Positions 1 to 8,467 of a DNA stretch of 64,000 bases are shown in pieces. Numbering within the stretch: the stretch's first letter is position 1; every line of letters starts with the position of its first letter. This DNA comes from Pseudomonadota bacterium (lineage in GTDB: Bacteria; Pseudomonadota; Gammaproteobacteria; BMS3Bbin11), in contig JAYEGM010000222.1 of assembly GCA_034659075.1 (NCBI GenBank), positions 290 to 64,289 of the forward strand, written 5' to 3'. The notes under the pieces are model-generated. The model searched no databases and was not told the origin of the DNA. It worked only from the letters and a program-made list of their open reading frames with translations. Both the position numbers and the translations under genes were made by a program.

Positions 1-206
1 TATGCATCACCCATCTGGCACAGGTAGCTGCCAATGCTCATCAACAAATTCTAATCAGCAAATCGGGCGATCCGGTAGAAGCCGTCATCGAGACCCTGGG
101 GAAAAAACAGCGAGTAGAAGAAATTGCCCGTATGATGGGAGGAATTGAAATTACAGAACAGACGCGTGCACATGCGGAGGAAATACTGAAACAGACGAAT
201 GGTTAG
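1..206 (+). CDS. recN: DNA repair protein RecN, C-terminal fragment (5-prime truncated by window edge)
   Basis: Frame ending at TAG 204-206 translates ...ITHLAQVAANAHQQ...IARMMGGIEITEQTRAHAEEILKQ, matching the conserved RecN C-terminus (VTHLPQVA ... LARLLGGSEVT...). Convergent with fur. Confidence 0.8.
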   Translation, partial: CITHLAQVAANAHQQILISKSGDPVEAVIETLGKKQRVEEIARMMGGIEITEQTRAHAEEILKQTNG

Positions 207-217
207 AGTAGAAGATT

Positions 218-270
218 CGGTTTACGGTTTACGGTTTAAAAACATAATACATAATACGTAACACGTAAAT
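218..270. repeat. Tandem heptamer array (cggttta x3, cataata x2, cgtaaca/cgtaaat) filling the recN-fur convergent gap
   Basis: Direct reading of the sequence; perfect 7-nt periodicity. Confidence 0.8.
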
Positions 271-271
271 C

Positions 272-721
272 TTATGATTTTATAACCTGCTTTTTAGAAC
301 ACTTGCCGTTCTTTTTCATGCCCCCGCAAACTCCGTACAGATACAGGCTATGGTCTTCAATACAAAAGTCTGATTCTTCGGCGACCTGTTTCTGGCGTTC
401 TTCAATACGCGAATCAAAAAATTCAAATACTTCACCGCATTCTACGCAAACCATGTGATCATGGTGTTTCCCTTCATTCAGCTCAAAAACTGAGCTGCCG
501 CCTTCAAAGTGATGGCGGATAACCAGACCTGCGCCTTCAAATTGGGTCAGGACACGATAAACAGTAGCAAGGCCAATATCCTCATCAGCATCAAGCAACT
601 GGCGGTAGACATCTTCCGCCGTCAGATGACGTTGATCGCTCAGTTCAAGCAGGCGAAGAATCTTCAGCCTGGGTACAGTCGTTTTGAGTCCAGCCTTCTT
701 CAGGTCTGATTTATCCGGCAT
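272..721 (-). CDS. fur: Ferric uptake regulator Fur
   Basis: 149 aa; N-terminal winged-helix PRLKILRLL..., metal site HHDHMVCVECGEV...; typical Fur length and motifs. Confidence 0.9.
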   Translation of the reverse strand: MPDKSDLKKAGLKTTVPRLKILRLLELSDQRHLTAEDVYRQLLDADEDIGLATVYRVLTQFEGAGLVIRHHFEGGSSVFELNEGKHHDHMVCVECGEVFEFFDSRIEERQKQVAEESDFCIEDHSLYLYGVCGGMKKNGKCSKKQVIKS

Positions 722-823
722 TTACGGCTCCAGAGAGTCATTTGAAGGATCAAAATAGTAGTCTGACCCGATACTATCAGCTATCATCCCATGCTGTCTA
801 AAAGAGTAAGGGTTAATTTTCGT

Positions 824-1246
824 ATGTCGAGATTATTGCGTATCACTGGAATTTTTCTGGCCCTGCTATTGCTGGCTTCATGTATCAAAACTTATAAACA
901 TGATGTGCAACAGGGCAATATCGTTGATCCTGACCGCCTGGCCAGGCTGGAACTGGGCATGAGCAAAAATGATGTTCAGGCCTTGCTCGGCACATCAATG
1001 CTGCAGGACAGCTTCCACCCGGATCGCTGGGACTATTTTTACTCGCTGCGCAAGGCAAGAGCAAAAAATACCGTACAAAAATTAATCACCCTTTATTTCG
1101 AAGACGATAAACTTTCGCGGATAGTCGGCACTATCACATCAACAGATGGAACAGAGGCAGGCAGCCAGACAAAAACTGTCATTATCGATGAAAAACCCTC
1201 ATCAGGCGGAATAATCCAGCGCGGCTGGGACAAGGTCTGGAAATAA
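824..1246 (+). CDS. bamE: Outer membrane protein assembly factor BamE (SmpA/OmlA lipoprotein)
   Basis: Start moved to MSRLLRITG (RBS aaggg 9 nt upstream); lipobox LLLASC; SmpA/OmlA-like sequence; conserved fur-bamE-ratB-ratA-smpB neighbourhood as in E. coli. Confidence 0.85.
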   Translation: MSRLLRITGIFLALLLLASCIKTYKHDVQQGNIVDPDRLARLELGMSKNDVQALLGTSMLQDSFHPDRWDYFYSLRKARAKNTVQKLITLYFEDDKLSRIVGTITSTDGTEAGSQTKTVIIDEKPSSGGIIQRGWDKVWK

Positions 1247-1248
1247 AC

Positions 1249-1315
1249 AAAAGGTAAAAGGTTAAAGGATAACCGGTTACGGTCCTGATAATTTTTTACC
1301 TTTTACCTTTTACCT
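1249..1315. terminator. Bidirectional hairpin between bamE and rnfH, built from heptamer repeats (aaaaggt x2-3 ... acctttt x2-3) around an aaccggtt core
   Basis: About 14-bp perfect stem aaaaggtaaaaggt / accttttacctttt with T/A runs; lies between convergent genes. Confidence 0.6.
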
Positions 1316-1627
1316 GATTTTCTCTTTCGCCCGCTGTTTGCGCATTTCCTTCGGGTCGGCAATCAATGGCCGGTATATCTCTACCCGGTCACCCGGATGC
1401 AGGACCGCATCTCTCTTTGCCGGCTTGCCGAAGACCCCCGTTTTATTGACCTCAAGATCGATTTCGGGGTATTTCTCCATTATTTTAGACTCTCTGATGG
1501 CATCATCTAACGTTGACTGCGCGGGCAGTTCAACATTAATAACGGCCTGCTCATCAGGCACGGCAAAAATAACATCAATGTGCATGGTTTCTTCATCTTT
1601 GGGTGAAGAATTTAATAAATCATTCAT
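1310..1627 (-). CDS. RnfH family protein (UPF0125, YfjF/RatB-like)
   Basis: C-terminal ...PGDRVEIYRPLIADPKEMRKQRAKE matches E. coli YfjF; ATGA start/stop overlap with upstream ratA suggests translational coupling. Confidence 0.8.
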   Translation of the reverse strand: MNDLLNSSPKDEETMHIDVIFAVPDEQAVINVELPAQSTLDDAIRESKIMEKYPEIDLEVNKTGVFGKPAKRDAVLHPGDRVEIYRPLIADPKEMRKQRAKEKIR

Positions 1628-2067
1628 AAATTTCTCGGTCCATACATTTCTACTGCTCGCTGCTGAAAAGCATCAACCATGCCATTGGCGATTATGCTGA
1701 ATACCGGACCTATAACGGCCCTGGCAAGCCGGTTGGAAAAATCAAATTCAAGATCAAAAAGAATCTTGCTTGCCTGCTCATCCAGTTCGATAAATTGCCA
1801 GACGCCGCTGAGAGAACTGAAAGGGCCCTTTTCCAACCTCATTGTAATCTGTTTTCCTTCATCATAGATATTTTTTGTAGTGAAGGATTGCCTGACTGCT
1901 TTAAATGCAATATCAACCTGTGCCATCACCTCGTCACCTTCCCGTTGAAGAATACGTGCCCCACTACACCAGGGCAGGAATTCATCATAATGCGGGACAT
2001 CTGTCACCACATTGAACATTTCCTGCGCCGTATAGGGCACCAGTGCAGAGCGCTGAATTCTAGGCAT
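1624..2067 (-). CDS. ratA: SRPBCC-family ribosome association toxin RatA (YfjG)
   Basis: MPRIQRSALVPYTAQEMF...FLPWCSGARIL...FTTKN... aligns along its length with E. coli RatA; start taken at MPRIQR. Confidence 0.8.
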   Translation of the reverse strand: MPRIQRSALVPYTAQEMFNVVTDVPHYDEFLPWCSGARILQREGDEVMAQVDIAFKAVRQSFTTKNIYDEGKQITMRLEKGPFSSLSGVWQFIELDEQASKILFDLEFDFSNRLARAVIGPVFSIIANGMVDAFQQRAVEMYGPRNL

Positions 2068-2085
2068 GGGCATCATCCTCCTGCA

Positions 2086-3462
2086 TTAGATCAGCCCGAA
2101 CAGATTCAGAATAACGACGGAGACCAGGGCTGGTGCCACATACTTGATCAGGAACTGCCATATCCTGTAACTGTGATTTAGAGCAAGCTCTTCCTTACTA
2201 TGCTTCGGTTTCATCATCCAGCCGGCGAAGATTGCGATCAACAATCCGCCTACCGGCAACATAATGTTAGCAGTAAGTATATCCAGAATATCAAACACAC
2301 CATTATGCTTAACCGTACCAAGAAAATTAAAATCGAATGCCCAGTGGCTGAATGAAAGAACCGTTGCTATACCCACCAGCCAGGTAATCACACCGCACCA
2401 GACAGCAGCCATGATCCGAGTCATGCCATGATTCTCAATCAACCAGGCAACAGCTGGCTCAATCAGGGATATAGATGATGTCCATGCAGCGACTACGATA
2501 AGGACAAAAAACAGCGCACCGAATATCTGTCCACCCGGCATCTGCGCAAAAGCCAGTGGCAATGTCTGGAATATAAGCCCCGGACCGGCTCCCGGCGCTA
2601 ATTCAGGAAAGCTAAAAACGATAGGAAAGATGGCCAGTCCGGCCAATAGTGCAATGCCCGTATCAGCGATAGAAATTATTATCGATGTCCTGGCTATAGA
2701 TGCATTCTCAGGCAGATACGAGCCATACATCATGATGGCTCCCATGCCCAGGCTGAGAGTAAAAAAGGCATGTCCCATTGCCGTGAGTATGGCCCCTCCG
2801 GTTAATTCACTAAAATCAGGCTTGAACAGAAAATCGATCCCTTCGTAGAAATGACCGGTATTCATCGCATAGCCAACCAGTACCAGCAGCAATATCAGCA
2901 GCACCGGCATCAGGAAGCGCACGGCTTTTTCAAGTCCCTGTTTTACACCACGGGCAACAACCACCATCGTCATGGCCATAAAGATGGTATGCCAGGCCAA
3001 CAGTTTTTCAGGATCCGACACCAGTTCAGAGAAGATATCCTGTATGCCTGCTGCATCGGCAGCCTGAATAGCACCAGAGCCTGTCCTGAACACATATGCC
3101 ATCGCCCAGCCGGCAATCACACTGTAATAGGATAGAATAAGAAATCCTGCCAGCACGCCCATCCAGCCTATCCAGGACCATATTCCATGTCGTCCTTCAG
3201 TCTTCGCCAATGAACGCATCGTATTAATCGGGCTCTGCCTGCCACGTCGACCAAGCATGACTTCTGCCATCATGATAGGAATCCCAATCAGAGCGACACA
3301 AACCAGATACACCAGAACGAAAGCCCCGCCACCGTATTCACCCGTTATATAGGGGAACTTCCAGATATTTCCCAGCCCTACCGCCGATCCGGTAGCAGCC
3401 AGAATAAAAGCCCAGCGACTGGACCATTGACCATGAATTGAAATATTTTTTTCTTTTGACAT
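2086..3462 (-). CDS. Sodium-dependent transporter, neurotransmitter:sodium symporter (NSS/SNF) family
   Basis: 458 aa, polytopic; N-terminal SRWAFILAATGSAVGLGNIWKFPY is the NSS signature. Confidence 0.85.
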   Translation of the reverse strand: MSKEKNISIHGQWSSRWAFILAATGSAVGLGNIWKFPYITGEYGGGAFVLVYLVCVALIGIPIMMAEVMLGRRGRQSPINTMRSLAKTEGRHGIWSWIGWMGVLAGFLILSYYSVIAGWAMAYVFRTGSGAIQAADAAGIQDIFSELVSDPEKLLAWHTIFMAMTMVVVARGVKQGLEKAVRFLMPVLLILLLVLVGYAMNTGHFYEGIDFLFKPDFSELTGGAILTAMGHAFFTLSLGMGAIMMYGSYLPENASIARTSIIISIADTGIALLAGLAIFPIVFSFPELAPGAGPGLIFQTLPLAFAQMPGGQIFGALFFVLIVVAAWTSSISLIEPAVAWLIENHGMTRIMAAVWCGVITWLVGIATVLSFSHWAFDFNFLGTVKHNGVFDILDILTANIMLPVGGLLIAIFAGWMMKPKHSKEELALNHSYRIWQFLIKYVAPALVSVVILNLFGLI

Positions 3463-3593
3463 ACTTGTATACCCTGATTCTTTCTACAAAATACGCTTTT
3501 ATCCGAAACCAGCTTCGCTGTTGACCTGTTTTATGATTGAATGCGACTTTACTACAGAACATTATTTAACATACTAAAGCCATTACACCAACC

Positions 3594-4076
3594 ATGTCCG
3601 GAAAATCAAAAAAGAAATCCTCACCTGGCAGCACCATAGCCTTAAACAAAAAGGCAAAATTTGATTACCACCTGGAAGAAAGGTATGAAGCCGGTATGGT
3701 ACTCGAAGGCTGGGAAGTCAAGAGTATGCGTGAAGGCCGCGCGCAGATGAAAGAAAGTTATGTGATTATCCGTAATGGTGAACTGTTCCTTTTCGGTGCG
3801 CATATCTCTCCGCTGATATCTGCCTCAACTCATATCCACCCCGACCCGACACGCATGCGAAAGCTGCTGCTCAACCGCCGGGAGATCAGCCATCTGATCG
3901 GTTCGGTAGAACGCGATGGCTATACCCTGGTACCGGTTGCCCTGTACTGGAAACATGGCCGAGCCAAGCTTGAAATTGCGCTGGCGAAAGGTAAAAAACA
4001 GCACGATAAGCGTGCATCTATCAAAGAGCGGGAATGGAAGCGGGACAAAGAGAGATTAATGAAACACAATCATTAA
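3594..4076 (+). CDS. smpB: SsrA-binding protein SmpB
   Basis: 160 aa; [39 protein letters not shown]... is canonical SmpB; immediately upstream of tmRNA. Confidence 0.95.
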   Translation: MSGKSKKKSSPGSTIALNKKAKFDYHLEERYEAGMVLEGWEVKSMREGRAQMKESYVIIRNGELFLFGAHISPLISASTHIHPDPTRMRKLLLNRREISHLIGSVERDGYTLVPVALYWKHGRAKLEIALAKGKKQHDKRASIKEREWKRDKERLMKHNH

Positions 4077-4145
4077 AAGTCACCTCGATTCATCAGTGGC
4101 ACCCTTTGCACTTGAAATCCTCAACATTGCCAGCAAATAACTTGC

Positions 4146-4151
4146 TATAAT
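4146..4151 (+). promoter_or_regulatory. Candidate -10 box (TATAAT) of the ssrA promoter
   Basis: gctataatg sits 10 nt upstream of the tmRNA 5-prime GGGGG; no clean -35 found. Confidence 0.4.
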
Positions 4152-4161
4152 GATCAAACTT

Positions 4162-4518
4162 GGGGGCGACCGGTTTCGACACGGGTTACAAAGCCTTCAG
4201 TGCATGTCGAGGAGCAGATCCCCTCGTAAATCCAGCTGCACAACATAGTTGCCAACGACGACAACTACGCACTAGCCGCCTAATACCGGTTAGTCCTTTC
4301 ACCTTTGCTTGATTGTGGGCGGGGATTCGAAAGGTCATCTCACACAGTATCGCGATGAGGCATGTCTGTGGCCAAGTCGTTAAACTTTAAGCAGAATCGC
4401 CGTACGTTTTCCCAGTTTGCCGGGTAGCGGCCGGTTAAATCAAAGGTGCAAACTAAGCATGTAGATCTGGAGTGTAGAGGACTTGTGGACGGGAGTTCGA
4501 TTCTCCCCGCCTCCACCA
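4162..4518 (+). ncRNA. ssrA: tmRNA (SsrA), tag peptide ANDDNYALAA
   Basis: 5-prime GGGGGCGACCGGTTTCGACA; tag reading frame gccaacgacgacaactacgcactagccgcctaa = ANDDNYALAA*; 3-prime tRNA-like end GGACGGGAGTTCGATTCTCCCCGCCTCCACCA. Confidence 0.95.
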
Positions 4519-4724
4519 ATATTTAATACAACCCCTTGTTAATCAAGGGGTTTTTATTGGGTGAAATCCAATGAATTCACTGGTGAGATACAAAGGTATG
4601 TTACCAGTGAGTTCAAGAATCCCATCTTAACCTTACAAAAAACTGTTGAAGCACTACCTGTTTGAATAAAAACATTGAATCAGAATCATCCTCAGCAAAG
4701 CTTACAATACCAATAACTTTCTTA

Positions 4725-6500
4725 TCACTTCGCACATGCAGAGCCTATTTTTTTGAATAACTCGGTAGATTCAACAGGATGGCGTAGTGAATTCTTGAAT
4801 CCTTTTCCATCAACTTTAGAGGATTTATTATTTCCAATATTGGAATGACTAAACTTGATAAGGGCTAGAATGTCCTCAGAGAATTCAGAAATTTCATTTT
4901 CATTTAATGTGTCAACAACTACGCCATATTTGCATGAACAGCTTTGAGCAGCGTATTTTTTGAGCAGCCTTGATTCATCTTCACATGACCTTACATCGCT
5001 ATTTGATAACACTGCTAGCCGCATTTTACGTGAAAGTTTTTTCGTTGCTGTAATTGAAGAAGCAACACATTCATTGTAATCATTAATGAAATAACCTCCC
5101 CTTTCCCTATAGATTTCCGTGTATTTAATAATATTTTTTGGAAGTTTTTCTCTTTCAATCTTCGCTTTGGCATATAACTCTTTTCTTTCCTCGTGACACT
5201 TTTTATATTCTGCCTGGAAATCATGAATTGTCTTATTATTTGATGCAAGACTTACATATTTTGACGGAGGCTCTTCATTCCGACAATTCATAAAATCTTC
5301 ACCTGCTTTTTTACAAGTTAGGGAAATCAATTCAGTGTCATAACATTCTGTATATCTGGTAGCGATATATTCTTCAAGCCCATCAATCTTATCAAGCATT
5401 TTTGCTTTAGATGCATATTGATTTGGTTGTAGTTTTTTCAGGTTTACTGCATCTTCCTTCCCGCTCTTACATACATCTTCTATCAGCATGTCTGCCTGTG
5501 TCTTTTGTTTTAAGTAGAGCTCCTGGTTCTCCCTCTGAACCCTATTTTTCTCTTCTTCTATACGCCTTTTCTTTATCATTTCGAGTTCAGCCAGATATCC
5601 CTTTTTCCTCTTAGCTACAAGCTGTTCGTCTAATTCCCTCATTGCATTATTAGTTGCTTTGATATTTGCCAATGCAATACTCACTCCGGACAAATACGGC
5701 AAAATCATTTGCCGTTCAATATTGCTCATTTGATAGTCGAAAGGGGCCCCTTTAGTTCTATCAAACGCATTTTTTACATCTCTTTCACCATATGTACTAA
5801 ATGCTTCTTCCGAGTAGCCAATCTGTCCTTTCATTTGCTCTAACTGTCTCTTAAATTGGTCATCCCACAATGCAAAGCTATCTAGATTAAACTCTTTCCA
5901 GCCAGTAATATTGCACCAACGAGCAATAAGCGCCTCATCATTTTTACTAACTAAATAGGCATTCTGGCAACTTTTATTGAATCTCACCCTCAAATCCTCA
6001 GCACGTTTCTTCTCAGTGGCATAGCGACCTGGAACTTCTTCTACCACAGATATCCAGTCATGAAACCAGGCAAATGGTTTTTCAGATGTATGAGGAGGTA
6101 GTTTTAACCCTGAAACATCATGATTATTCTTAGAATATTCCTTATTATTGACCTTTCTCCTGGTAATTTCTTCTGGTGTAAAAGCAGCAGCCTTGCTACC
6201 GCTATTATTGTTGTCTATAGAAGGAATTGGGGTACTTGAAATAGTCGAATTATTTCGCCTGTAACATTTCTCATATTCTTTTCTTATAAGTGCTTCAAGT
6301 TCGATATATTTGCTACCAGCATTTTTCAGGGAGATTCCCCCAGAGTCCATGGTTTTTCCGCTTTTTGCATCATCTCTACCCATCTGACAACCCTGCTTAA
6401 TCAACATATTATGTTGATTAAGCACCTCTGCAGCATTTGAGTCTGAAATCATAATGGGAACAAAAAGTAATATTGCAAAAAAAGAAACTGCAATTTTCAT
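4725..6500 (-). CDS. Hypothetical secreted cysteine-rich coiled-coil protein (signal peptide; K/E-rich; recurring [E/T]Y-x-[EK]-C motifs)
   Basis: 591 aa uninterrupted ORF with N-terminal signal peptide MKIAVSFFAILLFVPIMISDSNA; coding region roughly 35% GC against about 48% in flanks; no recognisable catalytic motifs. Confidence 0.7.
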   Translation of the reverse strand: MKIAVSFFAILLFVPIMISDSNAAEVLNQHNMLIKQGCQMGRDDAKSGKTMDSGGISLKNAGSKYIELEALIRKEYEKCYRRNNSTISSTPIPSIDNNNSGSKAAAFTPEEITRRKVNNKEYSKNNHDVSGLKLPPHTSEKPFAWFHDWISVVEEVPGRYATEKKRAEDLRVRFNKSCQNAYLVSKNDEALIARWCNITGWKEFNLDSFALWDDQFKRQLEQMKGQIGYSEEAFSTYGERDVKNAFDRTKGAPFDYQMSNIERQMILPYLSGVSIALANIKATNNAMRELDEQLVAKRKKGYLAELEMIKKRRIEEEKNRVQRENQELYLKQKTQADMLIEDVCKSGKEDAVNLKKLQPNQYASKAKMLDKIDGLEEYIATRYTECYDTELISLTCKKAGEDFMNCRNEEPPSKYVSLASNNKTIHDFQAEYKKCHEERKELYAKAKIEREKLPKNIIKYTEIYRERGGYFINDYNECVASSITATKKLSRKMRLAVLSNSDVRSCEDESRLLKKYAAQSCSCKYGVVVDTLNENEISEFSEDILALIKFSHSNIGNNKSSKVDGKGFKNSLRHPVESTELFKKIGSACAK

Positions 6501-6758
6501 GGGTACTCCAAATAGTTAATAATTATCATATTACGGATAAATACTTGCTAATTTTAGTACATATTTTTTATTTGTGGTGGAAAGAATTATCATGAAACAA
6601 CTACTAAATCAGGAAACAAATTAAGCAAGTTGGGGGTGTGTTACAAAGGTGTGTTACACCTAAATTATCGTCATAATACAGCTGTTAATTCAATAGGTTG
6701 TGTGAGAGTGGGCAACCTCTCCCTGCCTCCTCCAAATACCCCCAGCAGTGCAGCAAGA

Positions 6759-6782
6759 GCCGCCCACCAGGGCGGCCCTTTT
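6759..6782 (+). terminator. Rho-independent terminator hairpin (gccgccc-acca-gggcggc then ccttttc), possibly the ancestral ssrA terminator
   Basis: 7-bp GC stem plus T-run on the plus strand, located 21 nt after a degenerate copy of the tmRNA 3-prime end. Confidence 0.5.
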
Positions 6783-6804
6783 CACTTTATATGGTAATGA
6801 ATGG

Positions 6805-7011
6805 CTAGTCCCGGTAGTGTGGGTCCATCCAGCACTTTGGCAAACTTTCGCCTGAAGGGAAACTTACCCCCACCTTCTTGAAATTTTCTGGTTCTGCGAC
6901 ATCTTCACCGAAATCCAGACGACCTGTGAATGAATCCTTGAAAGGATCAAATACCTCTGTAGGATCCAGTACTTCGATCAGATGACCGGAATTTTTTTCC
7001 ATAAGCAACAT
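6805..7011 (-). CDS. Small acidic hypothetical protein (68 aa)
   Basis: ORF only; no recognised family. Confidence 0.3.
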   Translation of the reverse strand: MLLMEKNSGHLIEVLDPTEVFDPFKDSFTGRLDFGEDVAEPENFKKVGVSFPSGESLPKCWMDPHYRD

Positions 7012-7252
7012 GACAAGTCTCCTTTTTTAATGCTGTGTTAAAACTCAATTATAATCCGAGTCTACGTAATAGCAATGATACAGATCAACTTCACTCTTGC
7101 AGGTTTTATTAAAACCTGGCCTGTTATCTGTTTCGGCTTCTTTACTTTCCTTATTATCCGTGTTTTTTTAAATATGGACAATTCCTCAGTCAAATTCTAC
7201 CTTTAGTCATTCCCTGCTTGAATCTGCTATTATTGACAGCTACTTTTGCTAT

Positions 7253-8467
7253 ATGGATCTTTACCTGGACAAAACATTACAATTAAAACCAATGCTTGAA
7301 GCTCTGGCACATTCATTAGCGGAAACGGATTACACGATTAACCGCGCCGATGTAGTTCGCTGGCTGCGCCCCTTTGCGGCGACCACACCTACTTTTTATC
7401 TACTATTTGTAATCCCGTTTGCTCTACTGGGATATTTTGCTCTGCTGCTGTTTCCCGCTCTTTCGATCTGGCTATATTTCAAGCTGATAAACTCACTTTA
7501 TTATGCTGCCGACTACCAGCACTGGCCTGACGCCATGATGATTGGCAGCTTCCTGTTACTCAGCACATTGGCAACCATCGCGCTGGCTAGACTGGCTTTC
7601 AGAAACCCGGCAGGAAGTGCTGTCAACGATGAGAGGACGCCGGTACTTTTCCACCTTGTAAAAAAGCTGCAGCAGCACTATGGCAATCCCGGAATTTCCA
7701 GGATACTCATCACGAGAGACGATAGTATACAAATTACCCGCAACCCTGTTAGCGGATTTCCAATTAAGTTTAGAAATACGCTCGAGATAGGCATGTCTGC
7801 CTTATTATGCACCTCACCAATGGAATTTCGCGGCATGCTTGCCAGGGAAATTGCCAAACTAGCCAGTCAGAAGAACCCTGTAACAGGCTGGATGTTAAGC
7901 CTGCATCGACAGTGGGCAGATTATCATTATTATCTTGAGCGTAGCGGAGGCCTTATACTGAAGCCACTGAGCTTTTTCTTTCGCTACTATTCACCTTTAT
8001 ATAATACCGTGTCGTTCTTCGCCGCTCGTCGAGCTGAAATACGGTCAGATCGCTACACACTGGAAGTCATGGAGGACGACGATGCCATCAACGCCATCAT
8101 TCAAACAATAATATTTCAGAATTTCCTGCGGGAAAAATACTGGCCACAGGTCGTGAATCAACCGAAAGACGGAAAACACCGGGTATTCCTGCCCTATAAG
8201 AAAATGAGCCAGACTGTTCGAAAAAACGTCAAACAAACTGATATAGAACGATGGGTTGAACTGGAGCTGCGAAAATTTGGCGATACCAGCACGACTCTAC
8301 CGCCGCTAAAGACCCGCCTTCATCTGTTAGGGCATATAATACCTGTCTATCCACCAGCACTTGAAGAAACTGCAGCAGAACACTATCTTGATTTATCTAT
8401 GCAGCAGCTATTAATTAACAGTTTCGATAAAAGCTGGATTAGGAAAGCAGGAATACAGTCCTCATAA
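7253..8467 (+). CDS. Membrane protein with a degenerate M48/M56-peptidase-like fold (HExxH replaced by RExxK)
   Basis: N-terminal TM helices; segment ...NTLEIGMSALLCTSPMEFRGMLAREIAKLASQKNP resembles the zincin region of M48/BlaR1 peptidases (..gLL..l..eEl.aVlAHElgHi..), but the first His is Arg and the second His is Lys (RExxK), which would abolish zinc binding. Confidence 0.55.
   Translation: MDLYLDKTLQLKPMLEALAHSLAETDYTINRADVVRWLRPFAATTPTFYLLFVIPFALLGYFALLLFPALSIWLYFKLINSLYYAADYQHWPDAMMIGSFLLLSTLATIALARLAFRNPAGSAVNDERTPVLFHLVKKLQQHYGNPGISRILITRDDSIQITRNPVSGFPIKFRNTLEIGMSALLCTSPMEFRGMLAREIAKLASQKNPVTGWMLSLHRQWADYHYYLERSGGLILKPLSFFFRYYSPLYNTVSFFAARRAEIRSDRYTLEVMEDDDAINAIIQTIIFQNFLREKYWPQVVNQPKDGKHRVFLPYKKMSQTVRKNVKQTDIERWVELELRKFGDTSTTLPPLKTRLHLLGHIIPVYPPALEETAAEHYLDLSMQQLLINSFDKSWIRKAGIQSS

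Noticed and set aside
218-270. Considered whether the tandem repeat arrays could be CRISPR arrays
   Set aside because: Repeat unit is 7 nt with no spacers; there are no cas genes; they do not fit CRISPR architecture.
722-823. Possible Fur box in the fur-bamE divergent promoter region (gatactatcagctatcatc)
   Set aside because: Only about 9 of 19 matches to the GATAATGATAATCATTATC consensus; too weak to call.
4519-7250. Looked for integrase/recombinase or transposase remnants near ssrA and elsewhere
   Set aside because: No ORF or fragment with recombinase-like motifs (e.g. R..H..R..Y tyrosine recombinase boxes, DDE) found in any frame; the islet appears integrase-less.
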